DNA of 63,390 bases, counting the filler, from Bigelowiella natans CCMP2755 (taxonomy: Eukaryota > Protista > Cercozoa): NCBI GenBank assembly GCA_000320545.1. It is 7 parts of 7 records of this genome, joined end to end, with 100 filler letters (N's around TTAATTAATTAA, not from the genome) between each part and the next. Parts side by side here need not be neighbours in the genome. Positions count along the whole stretch, not along the records: positions 1 to 31,934 come from ADNK01000565.1; 6 more parts are not named here. The stretch is one strand, 5' to 3'. Each line of letters opens with the position of its first letter. The first letter of the stretch is position 1. Below the pieces are notes generated by a model. It saw only the letters and a list, made by a program, of their open reading frames with translations. It was not told where the DNA came from and searched no databases. The position numbers and the translations under genes were made by a program. This document shows, in pieces, positions 1-12,140 of the stretch.

Positions 1-50
1 ATCATCACCACCACCCCTCTTCCACCTCCTCCTCCTCATCATCATCATCA

Positions 51-377
51 GAGCTTCTTTGGAGGGCGCATTGGTTGTCTTTTCAATTCTCTGGACCCCT
101 GCGATGCTGCAAGCTACGACAGCGACAACGACAGCGATGATCATCATCATCATCATCATCATTATCATCAAGCAGCCAGGGGGGGGTGGGGGGTAATAGG
201 GTGGGCATGATGGCGACAAGCTTCTTGTCACCATCAAAGAGCAGCAGTTTCCACCATCATTATTACCATCAGGGAGGACTTTGGCAGCACAACTACCACC
301 CCCACACAGGTGAGGAGGAGGAGGAGGAGGAGGAGGGGGGGGAGGAACATCGCACACCATCATCCAGAACAACAACG

Positions 378-409
<32 letters not shown>

Positions 410-915
410 AACAAGAAGAAGAAGAAGAATACTTAGGAAAAGAACAAGCAGCACCCTATTTCTCTCGAAGAACGCACACATCATCACTTTCGTCATCATC
501 TGCACAATCAAGATGCAAGATGCGGATACCTGCCTCTCTCAATCTCTCTCAATCTCTCTCTCTCTGTGTCTCTCTCTTTGTTATCGCTCTCCTTTTTTAA
601 TAGGGCCTACTACTACTACTTCACTGTTGTCGGAGTACTCTCAGCAGCAGCCATTCCTGTCACCATCATCATTACTATCCTCATCATTATCCTCCTCCAC
701 CTCCTCCCAATCATCGTCGTCATCGTCATCATCATCATCATCATCACCGGACTCGGAAGCGCTTCCTTTGGGGTTGATCTTCGCCTCTCTCATGGCCAGC
801 CTGATGGTGGGGGGGCTAGTTTTCGAAGCCCTGGGCACACTGTGCAGGATGAGGGTGAACAGCTCCTTGGTATTTGCACTACTCATCGCGGTATGGTATG
901 AGTATGCACGTCCTG

Positions 916-949
<34 letters not shown>

Positions 950-1014
950 CACTACTATTACTTCTACTTTTTATCACCGCATCCATCACTTCCATGCGCA
1001 CTAAAGCTCCCCCC

Positions 1015-1051
<37 letters not shown>

Positions 1052-1300
1052 CCTCTCTTTCCACAGGAGGCATCGTTCATTGTGTCACTGGTCGCTCTCC
1101 AGTGGCACTCAGAAGAGGCCCTTGCTCCCCTCACGTTGCTGTTGGCTTTCTGCATCTACGAGATGTCGGTGGGGCTGTATATGCCCTGTATAGCGTCGGT
1201 GAAGGCGGCAGTGGTGCCTGAGAAGGTAATAGTAGCGGCAGTATCTTTTTTTTTTGGGGGGGGGGGGGGGGAGTTAAAACGTCAAATCTAAATTCGAGCC

Positions 1301-1343
<43 letters not shown>

Positions 1344-1997
1344 TTATCAACAATTGTAGGCCCGAAGCAGGATATATGGAGCGTTTCGAGTGCCTTTGAA
1401 CATCATCACGGTCTCTGTGTTGTGCCTGAGGTGCTGCTGCTTGCTGCCGCACGCATCCCCCGTCATCATCTATTGTCTCATGCATTTACTTCGTCCTAGT
1501 CTTTATCCTTTCATAGAAGAGTGTTCTACTAATATGCTGTATTTGGTAGATGGGGTAGATCGATGTATGCGCCATATCTTCTCTTTTGGGATTATTCTTG
1601 TTTGACCAATGAATATTGTGTTTTTCCTCCTCCTCCTCCTCCTCCTCCTCCTCTTCTCCTCTATGTGTTGGTAAAGCTGGCCGATATGGGCGATGTTCTC
1701 TGCGTGCGCTGCATTAGTGGCTGGTAGAATAAATGAAACAACAAGAGATAAAGACGACGACATGACAATGTTAAAATACTGCGATGACCGCTGTTCGATG
1801 CCATGATTTCATCGATGGATCGTTGTCATCCCGCAACAACAACAACAACAACAACAACAGCAACCACAACAGGCTGCTCTCAAAGCCTAGTGCCTTGTTG
1901 CTGGATGAAAACAGTTGTCAATATTTCATCAAAATTACGATGAAAGCAACCAACAGGGTTTCCCCTTGATTCTATCGTTTATTTCTTTCAAACACCA

Positions 1998-2043
<46 letters not shown>

Positions 2044-2488
2044 AACATCATAACAGCCACTTCATTCAAGACGGATGATAATCCTACTAATGCTACTACT
2101 ACCGTTTGTTGTTGTTGTTGTTGTTGCTGGTGCTGGTGCTGCTTCGATGTGACAACGCCACAAAGGGTCTTTGGGTGCTCAGTTTCTGCAGATATACCTC
2201 TCAGATCGTCGCAGTCAAGAACAGCAGAGAGACACAGTTAGCTTAACCTCCAGCAGCCTTCTTCACCGTGATGCTTCGACCTCCTCTGACTATCTCCTTA
2301 GCAGATGGGCAAGGGCGAACTACGGTCACGGCAACAAGGCAGCATATGGGACGATCCCAGGCCCTCCTAGCAAGGACGGGCAAGGGGGGGGGGATGAGAA
2401 GACGACTCAGAAGAAGAGGCAGAATAGCACGATTTCGGTCGGATCGATAGCGGAAGATGGCTCAACAGCGCTCGCCGCCGCTGAATGA
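51..2488 (+). CDS. MFS molybdate-anion transporter (MFSD5/MOT2-like), multi-exon, 5' part outside the window
   Basis: Exon peptides SFLEGALVVFSILWTPAM (~52-105), LPLGLIFASLMASLMVGGLVF (~762-825), LAFCIYEMSVGLYMPCIASVKAAVVPEK (~1141-1224), ARSRIYGAFRVPLNIITVSVL (~1360-1422) and WPIWAMFSACAALVAG (~1678-1725) match the MFSD5-family pattern (FE.....F...WTP; FE..VG.Y.P......K...VPE; IY..FRVPLN). A probable terminal exon ends at the 2488 stop (less certain). Confidence 0.85.
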
Positions 2489-3209
2489 TCGAATGCCTAT
2501 GACACTGTATTTAAGCCTCTAAAATCTGGATTGTTACGTTCTTAGCGTCGTCCGTGCTGTGCTAGCTCTCGTGCCTGTATATCAATAGTCTAGTCATACA
2601 CGTAAAAGATACGTGACCCCACTTCGCGCAAGCACTCGCAAAGTGTAGCTGCTACACATTGCCATGTCTGCGTAACTACAGTGTCTTGACTAAAGAATAT
2701 AATTTTCTGCACTACGTACAGCTACATGCATAAATACATACTCTAGAAACTTAATGTACAGCTACAATGCCGCTACGGACGTTACAGCATACGCTATGAA
2801 TCTTGCCATGATGTACAGTTTATCTGAACGCAGGGAAAGACTTAGCTTGTGCATTTGTCCTAGCTGTACCTAGCTAGCAAGATGCACGACGAGGAGCAGC
2901 GTTTGCATTTAGCTTAGACATGAACAGTATTTCTTTCTAGAATGACGTCAAAAGCAATTCACCATCAATTTATTATCACTGCAGCCATACGGCTATAGCC
3001 GCGTCTTTATATATTATACGTAGTGCCAGTGGTCGTACAGCATAAATACCACCCAACATGTATGCGTGTTGGCAGCTGCACATGAAATTTACTAGCCTCA
3101 ATAACAAACGTACAAGAAGACTTCACAGTCCGAAAAGATTCCTTGTTTAGTAAAACCCGAAGTAGGCCTATCATGCATATATGGCGTGGTGGAGATGCAC
3201 CACTAGCAG

Positions 3210-4613
3210 CTATGACGATGCAGCCGAAAGGACGTTCTTCGCTCGTCTTAGATCAATTTCAATCAGTTGCCTCCTGGAGTGCAGACGTAACAATTCGTTA
3301 AGTTTCCCCCTCTCTCTTGCCTGCTTACAGGTATAGTGTTGATGGTTTATGATTCCTCCTCACCTTGCAATCAGCTTCCTCTTTCTTTCCAAGCGATACC
3401 GCACTGCCTCCTGTAGAGGTAGAAATAAAACGAAAGAGTAACGTCACGCCATGCATATCTTTACAGGGTGCGCAAATCTCTGCACACAAGTAAGTAACCG
3501 GTAAAGTCGGAGCGATACGCAACTTCGATAACAACATTTTATCCTGCTCTATATCCCCCCTCTCGTGCCTCCTCCTCAGTTTCTCTGTGGTGACTCAACA
3601 ACCTTAGCTGCAGGGGTCAAATGTCTTATGTAAGAAAGCCGAGGAGAAGGAGGGGGGGAGGGGGGGGTAAGGGGATACGTGCACAAATGTCAAATCACAT
3701 CTTTTGATTATTCCATGAGAGCCAGGCACCCATTTTTATTTACACAAAAACCAAATACACACGAAATTAACTGTCACTGTGCTCTACTACGTAATGGTTG
3801 TGAATAGTGCTCTTCATCTCCGAGATATATCTATCTACCCATACGATGACAACTACGACGACGACGACGACGCCGACACAGCTCGAGCTGAGTGGTCGCT
3901 CATCGTTCTTTGGCGGAGAACGCACGATATTATATCTCCCTTCGCTTATATCTAACGTGTGTGGTACTAGCCCCCCCTCCTACTCCTCTCTTCTGTTTAT
4001 TCTTCAACGAAATCATCTGAAGCTACCACACCTCGTCGATGACAGCAAACTTTCTTCGTCTTCCTCGACTGTTGTGCTGTGCCTGGGGCGTGTACGGATA
4101 CGTGGATGATTTTTGATGAAGATGATGATGATGATGACGAATAGTGACAAGATGAAACTTGAGACAGCACCTCTTTAGCTCCGTCTCCACAATTGCAAGG
4201 GCCTTTTCCAGAGCATCCACCTCGATCTGGGATTGACGGGATTTCGCACATAAATGCAGCAAAGGACAAAATAGCAATAAAATTGAAAGCAACGACGACA
4301 CTCGTAAAGGCTAATGGTGTTACAGCTGGAAGAACAAGCATATTATAAATGTTCAAATACTTATATATATATATATATAGGCTACAACCTGGGGTCCTAA
4401 GCCCTGCTTTCGCTCCAATCTGGAGCGTCCTTTCCCCTCCAAGTCAAACAACACTGCAGTAGACTTCACACGTGTGTGCACATATATAGTAGAGAGGGGA
4501 GGGGAGGAGGCGGGGGAGAAGCAAAGCGAGTGAACAAAGAAGATAAAGTGAATACAGAAGCGATTAGGTCATTTCCTAATCTTATCTTTTCTAAAATCCC
4601 CCTTAACTAACAA

Positions 4614-4687
<74 letters not shown>

Positions 4688-5348
4688 GAGTAGTAGTTGT
4701 AGTAGTAGCAGTAACAGTAGTTGAGTAATGGTAGTACCTCGTCATCGATAGAGAGAATGCGGCACGCTTTTACCAGCCTTAAGCAGTTGTTATCACAAAT
4801 CAAGTCTCAAGCAATATCCATGACTATGAAACTCCCAATTTTCCTCCTCCTCCTCCTTTTATCGCTCCTTGTGGGAGACCAGACCCGCAACGAACGTCGA
4901 CGAGGATGGGACGGACGAATGCCTCCCCCCCCTTTTTCACCCATGCATGCACAGAAATATACACGAAGAACAGCACAGATGTGTTCTCTTTTGATATTCT
5001 CCCTGCACGTACTTTTGCATTTCGTTGTCGCGCCCACCCAACTGGAGTATCTTCGAGCTCTCAAACCTTAGAGGATATAGTACGTGATGATACAATATGC
5101 GTATTCATATCCAGGTGCTATTGCATGGCAGAGACGTACACGTGTGCAATTTCTTGCACGGCACTCGTGGGCAGGGTAGAACAAGCCGAGAAAAAGAATG
5201 CTAATAATAACAGTTTTTCTCACTACTGCTACTGCTGCTGCTAACCCTGGAACAAGTTTTCGTAGGAGTCTTGAGCGCCATTCCCCCACCCTCTTATCGA
5301 GCTCTATGTCTGTTGCTCCGCCGCCTGGAAGTAGTAGTTGTAGTAGAA

Positions 5349-5379
<31 letters not shown>

Positions 5380-5531
5380 CCCGGGAAGAGGGGTAGGAGG
5401 AGGATGAGGAGGATAAGGAGACGCAAGATACATGACCAAACACACTCGTGCACACCACGAACTCGATGGAAACGTATCAACAGGGAAAAATGTTCAGAAA
5501 GAGAGTTGTTAGAGAGGGCAGATATAGCGAC

Positions 5532-5574
<43 letters not shown>

Positions 5575-5801
5575 ATGAGAAAGAGAGATAGGATGAACCA
5601 CCTTTGCCGCCCCCCCATTCCCACTCTCCTACAGGATCGAATTCATCGCGAGCAAAGTCGTCGGGGCAGTATTGCTGGAGGACAAACACGATTGAATGGC
5701 AACATCATCGTCATCACGCTGCTGCTGCTGCTGCTGTTAGAGCTGATAATACCGGGATATAACTACTACTACTACTACTACTACTACTATTTGTACTACT
5801 G

Positions 5802-5835
<34 letters not shown>

Positions 5836-6167
5836 CGCTAGTATCCGGTCGAATGGGTTCTCTTCAAAGGCCCTCCTATGAAATACAACACACACATTCA
5901 CACACACACACACCCTCCGAGAGAGAGAGAGATCACACACGTGAAGGCAATAGTTGATAATGAATATATGGTCTCTCTTTCGATTATTAGGCAAAATGAT
6001 TGAATTCACAGCTAATAACCCTATGTTGAGCATCAGATAGTCGTTTGAAGCTTCCCCTTTTGTGATTCTGGAAGGAAGGGGAACGAAGGCAAATTAAGGA
6101 GGAGGAGGAGGAGGAGGAGGAGGAGGAGGAAAGGAAGAAAAAAGAAAGGAGTAGAGATGCAGATATC

Positions 6168-6213
<46 letters not shown>

Positions 6214-6596
6214 ATGTCTCTTCTTCCTCTTGCAGTTGCTGCAGTGTTTGTTCGTGTGGTAATCATAGCATATCTACGTTATTGGTGATCCAGGCTGTAT
6301 TGGCTCCGTAGCCATCAGACCAACAGCTTGGCCTCTCGCCTGCACCGAGCATTGTGTTAAACAACATGCACGTCTAAATAACAGCTAACTGGAAAACTAT
6401 GAAATATAGAAGCAATCCAGTATCACGCTCCCTCCACATCTTCATCATAATGATCATCATCGTTATTATTATAATCATTATCATCATCATTATTATTATC
6501 ATCTCCTTCGCACACTAACATATCACTACAAACTGCAACCTCAATGAACATATCGGCGTTGGGATTGTGAGAGACCTGCAGCAGAACAACAACAAT

Positions 6597-6627
<31 letters not shown>

Positions 6628-8068
6628 TCATGTTAGGTTATTATGCTGCTGATGCTGATGCTAATGATAACCAAGGCAAAATTGATCATTTTTGTTCTTT
6701 TTCATATCCATCAATCAATTAATCGCCATCATCATCATCATCATCATCATCATCAGTATCGTAATATCATCATCCTCCTCCTCATCATCTCATTACACAT
6801 ACCACTTGAGCTAAATCTATTATCGGCACGATTCGATATCCCTACACATAGCAAACGGGCACTCAATAGCAACACATGGACAATTTATTCCTTCGCAGTC
6901 TATTGGTAAAACATCTGTCCGAATTCGTCTTTCCTTCATCATCACTATCGTCATCTTCCCACACCGCACCTTTACAGCATCTTCTGTAGCAGCTGCTTCT
7001 GTTGATGTCGTCGATGGTATGGAGCTGGAAGGGGGACGCACCGATCCTTCTGCGCATATAATGTAGACGAGTGCATTGATGGCATATGGAGGGGAGGGGG
7101 GGGGGGGGGCGGAGGGGAGGGGGGTTGGCAGCAAGGACAACAACGTGCCTTTGTGTTTAAATGCCGTTATCTCCAAACTTACGCCGCGCCCCATGGCCAC
7201 CGTAACAGCCCACACTGTTAATGGGAGACAACCAAAGTACCACAGATGTCACTCACATGCAAAACTAAGAGAAAATCCAGCACCGCAAGAACCCTCCTCC
7301 TCCTCCTCCCCCCATAATCGTGATCTTCGATGACACCCTAAACTCCACCATCACCGCCGCCACAGCACCAAATTCGTCCATGCTTATTTCCGCGCTTTCT
7401 CCGAAGAGATCCTAACGTAAACACCGGCATTGAATGATAATGCCAAAGATGAAGAAACGGGAAAAGATGAAGAAAAAGAGGAGAATGATGATGAAGAGGA
7501 TGAGGATGGTGCATCTTTCTCAAGGAAGCAGGCATTGTCGTCGTCGTCGTCGTCGTTGTCGTCGTCGTCGTTGTTGTTGTTGTTGTGTTGTGGTTGCTCT
7601 ACTGCTACTTTGTTTGTTTTGGTTGTCGTGATAACAACATAAACAACAACCTCCTTTAGCCTGGAGGTCTTCCTGCTGCTACTGCTGCTACTGTTTAGAT
7701 GCCGTTGATAAAAATCTCTTAGACGAGATGATTGCTCCTCAACCTACTCGTGCCGTTGATTACATGGAAAGGGAAGGGGAAGGGGGGGGAGGGGGGGGGA
7801 GATACGCGTGTAATAACAAAATACGATTCCTGGTGGATAAGGCAGTAAATACCACGAATTCTAGTGTCGGCGATTCGAGCAATTCCAACTCCCATGGGTT
7901 CATTAGCAGAGGATGTGCTGTTATTTGATATGTTGTAGTATGATTTGTAGCAGTAGTAAGGAATAGGGAGAGCATAATGGTGATGATCTTCGGTCGTCAT
8001 TTATCATCATCATCATCATCATCATCATCATTATCATTATCATGTTTCGTTCTTCTGAGCAGTATATC

Positions 8069-8117
<49 letters not shown>

Positions 8118-8128
8118 TAACATATATT

Positions 8129-8167
<39 letters not shown>

Positions 8168-8821
8168 TCATTTTGTATTCGGCATCGATGAAGGTAGATG
8201 CGTGCTTAGGCGGCTCTGTCTTGATCTATGCTGCTGTTGTTGTTGCTACTGCTCCTTTTGTTGTTGTTAGTGTTGTGCTTTGATCCTATCTACATGGTAT
8301 GGATTTCGGTAACGCTCGTATATAGGCACGGATCGGAGAGTCATCCCCCCTAAAATGAATGATCATGCAGCATTCGGGACCGCCACATTATTAGCGTGCG
8401 TCATCATCGTTATGTTGCGACGAAGCATAGCATATGCATACTCGACCTCCTTCTTTCCCTGAGGAGGGCCAGAGCCATTGGGATAGCTGCAGTCGCGAAG
8501 CCCCCTTCCATACACTCCTATGAATATTACTTCGACGGTGAGAAATGCCATGACTAATAATGGCAACAATAACAACCTGATTCACTTCATCCCAGATCAG
8601 CTTAGATACAAACTCCGGTGGACGAGAGTTTGGGTCATCTTTCCCTTCCATCCCCTCTCCCGAAGCACCTAGTCCGCCAGTATATGGCCGGCGTACACCA
8701 TGTGAGGTGATCTGAACCTTTGGAGGCACTTCAATTACCACCTAGAGGGTTTAGGGATTGTGTGAGATTGCGCGCGCGCGCGCGCTCTGTGTATGTGTGT
8801 GTGAGAGAGAAAGAGAGAGAG

Positions 8822-8864
<43 letters not shown>

Positions 8865-9360
8865 ATGTGAAGTTACATGTGGGGTCTAAGGGTAACAACG
8901 AAGCAGAGAGGGGTGATATATTAAGGATTTAAAATCAAGGCAATAAGATGCACATAAGGTGTAGAAGTAGTCGTTTGTCACTGGTAGAAAATGAATCGTT
9001 AATATATCATACATTATCCTACATTATTCATGTTAATTAATACATCGTATATCATATATTATTCATGTCAATTACGGCGAACTCTTCGCCCTCTTAATTT
9101 CCCCCCTTCCCGCACTCCTTCTTTCTCAACTCCGATCTCTCTATCTCTCTCTCTCCATCCCTCTCTAAATTCTGTTCTTGCCACCTCGTCTTTTTCTATC
9201 AAGCTTGTGGCGACAAGGTGCCAACCTAAAAAGCAACAGAACAACAACTAAAATACAGGTTGTCATACAAAATTTTTTAGTGCTCCGTTACCTTTACTTT
9301 CCTGGGAATACTCGAATCCGAGTTTTGTACTGAAGCTCCCGCCTTCGGATCTGAGTACGC
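3210..9360 (-). CDS. Large multi-exon hypothetical protein (may be more than one gene)
   Basis: Complex-sequence islands between microsatellite introns translate cleanly on the minus strand, e.g. ITAHPLLMNPWELELLESPTLEFVVFTALSTRNRILLLHA, DIELDKRVGEWRSRLLRKLVPG, IEVDALEKALAIVETELKRCCLKFHLV and the terminal QARERGKLNELLRLHSRRQLIEIDLRRAKNVLSAASS* (stop 3210-3212). No family recognised. Confidence 0.4.
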
Positions 9361-9606
9361 GCAATCATTATTATTTGAGTGAGTCCGCGTGTCTTCTGGG
9401 AGCGTTGTGTTGTTTCACTCTCAGACTTAATCATTCTTTTGTTCGCAATTATTACCTTATCCAAGATGATAAAAAGTTGAGAAATATCTTCGGATTAGAT
9501 CTATCAGAAACCATTCCTACTACACTCTGACGTGTAAAAAATAGAGATATGTGCATTCGTAAGCAGGTGATGCATACATGTAAGGTTTTACGTGGTACTA
9601 AGGGTT

Positions 9607-9651
<45 letters not shown>

Positions 9652-9856
9652 CGCATGCCAGGATGAAAGGAAGGGGGAGAGGAGAGGGTGTATGCTTGGT
9701 TTGTGAAATTCGAAAACTCACTTGGAACTCCTGTTCCTCGAAGCTCAATGATTCCTCTTCGTCATCATCGAATATCCAGCTCTATTGATTGTATATGGCT
9801 CATATCAAATGTATCCCCTCGACTATACATATGTATCGAGCAAGTCTACCGCTTGG

Positions 9857-10290
9857 TCATTTTGCACAATTGCGAAGGATGATATTTTTGGTCGAACGAA
9901 GCTTTGAAGCTGTCTCTTTGGCAGCGGAATTCTCCGAGAACCGCCTAATCTTAAGTAGCGCTTCGTCTCGAAAGAGCGAATCGGACGGATCCAACCCATA
10001 CCTATTTTAGATTTCTATCATCGCTTTGTAATAGTGATGATTCTTGATTTGTTGAAAAGAGAATGGGAGAGGAAATATCAAACTGAATAAAATCTACGAG
10101 CAAGGAGAACGTGTTGGGCTTTTTCTCCTTCCCCTGCCGTCTACTCGCATTTTTTGGAACGTTAAATTTGTACCGAGTGTTGCCAGGGCCGTAACCACGA
10201 ATAGGAAGGGCTCTCTTCGCAGAAACGGCATCGGGAATGGTGCTGAGTGCCGCGTTAGGGGAAACAAGGGGATATAGTCTGAACTTTGAC
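9857..10290 (-). CDS. 3' exons of a hypothetical protein
   Basis: LYPLVSPNAALSTIPDAVSAKRALPIRGYGPGNTRYKFNVPKNASRRQG, then an AG acceptor and YGLDPSDSLFRDEALLKIRRFSENSAAKETASKLRSTKNIILRNCAK*. Upstream exons not resolved. Confidence 0.35.
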
Positions 10291-12140
10291 AGAAACGACA
10301 GATAATGTATTGATGTAATTATACAATGCGACAATGAAATGAAGTCGTCGAAGATTATATTTATCCTTATGCACCGACTCTATAGAACTAATTACAAGAT
10401 TTTGATCCATATGTTTTCATATTGGAAGTTGTCCAGAAATATGGGTTATATTTAGGATGCTACAGTAGATTTTATTGTTGATGTAAATAATCCAGACGCA
10501 GTTCTGTTCTTGGAGGTTTCCAGAGCACTGAAATATGGATAGAAGTATTCAGGATCCTAATATACCAGGAAGTGACCTTCGAAACTGGAAAAAAAATAAA
10601 AGTCGGGTTGTGATAGTCGGATAGCGCACATTTGCGACACTTTTTCTGTAGCCGGCCGATGGGTTTGACAACACCGAGCGGAATAGTTCCGAGAGCCGCT
10701 AGTAAAGCTCATTCAAATTTTCAGGTCAAGAAAAATAAATTTTAAAAATCGGCTTCCATATCACCTATTTTTTTTACGTTTCTTGACCTATTACAGTTGT
10801 CGTAAAACATGAATTATCAACTAAACAGTGCATTGGATGTGAACACATTCGCTTAAATAATCGACCTTGTCGGTCGAAGCAAGGTCCAACACCAGAATGA
10901 ACGTAAGCAAACACCTCTGAAATCTCGTTCTGATCAGCCTGCTAAAGGTCTCTAATGTCTTCAAATAACTTTGTTGAGTTGAAACCCACTTAGATTACTA
11001 CGTGAGCCGTGCAGATAGGCTCTCCCTGTAAAGCAAACCGAGCTCTGCGAGTTTCTACAGAACGTCTGAAGCGATTCAGTACAATCCTGGTGCCTGACCG
11101 TTGAAAATGATTGTTGGACACTTGATGCGAAAGAGAAATTCTATTGAGTCTGCGACATCAATAATATATTGTCGTATATATTCGAAATAGGATATTTTTC
11201 CAAGATCAAACTTCAGAAATGCCCTTGATTTCCAATCTCCGACGCGAAAGACGTATGCCGTGAGAGTTATTCTTCAGACAACAAATTTCATGTTTCAATT
11301 TCAAGCGATTTTGATTTACATACGTCAAGGAAAAAATGTTGTCGTATTAAATAAACTTATGGATATCGATTTTTGGGCGGCGAATTTACGAAATTCTGCC
11401 GTCTTACGCAAATGCCCCTGTCGCTTCGGCCGAAAAAAAAAAAAAAAATTGGCGGGCAGGGCACGTTTACGGCGTTCGTCCCTGGCAAAACCCTTGCGTT
11501 AAATTCTGGTTACTCGTGGGCAATTCGCTCGAATGCACAGACATATTTGGCACCACAATAAAGTACCATTTCCTGGGTATTCATCGGGTAAGAATGAGAC
11601 TGATGCTGTACGACTATCAAGACGCTTATGTCGCAGATGAAGAAATGTACGGTGATTGCGAAGCCGAAGAATATCAGTGAACTTCGAGCCTCCAACCTCT
11701 GCCAAAGCTCGTAGATAGAAGCGCTCTTATTTCAGAAGCATATCCCTTGAACACACGATCGCAGACCCTCCCCATCCAAAACAAATATGCTTTTTGTGTC
11801 CATCTAATACACACACTATACTTGGTGACGAAGGCGTTGAGGAAAGGTTGATGAGATTATGCTTCGTTCGTCTTTGAACTCGATGATCTGCCCGTAGCGA
11901 AATATTTGATTCCTTAATTCAGCAAAAATTTTCATCCTCTGCAGAGAGGGACTTGCAGAGCTTTGCTAAGGATCAACTTCGGACAGGCAAGAAGATCGAG
12001 GGGAATTCGCGGGCATTTCTCAACGTTCAACGTGCAGTGTACTGCGAGAGCACAGCGAGCAAGCCCAGATGAACGGCCCGTCGGCGATTAAGGACCTCAA
12101 GGGCATTCCCTACCGCGGCCTGCGCTACTATAAGAGCAAA

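Noticed and set aside
186-9000. Many ORF-track entries with poly-V/L/S/Y/RE/CV/HT runs (also throughout the window)
   Set aside because: They are translations of intronic microsatellites or antisense shadows of real exons.
11411-11468. Imperfect GC stem around an A16 run, resembling a terminator
   Set aside because: Pairing is weak and the context is eukaryotic; no supporting RNA motif was found.
10400-12050. Possible further small genes in the microsatellite-free region
   Set aside because: Several frames are briefly open, but no consistent exon chain or recognisable family could be built.
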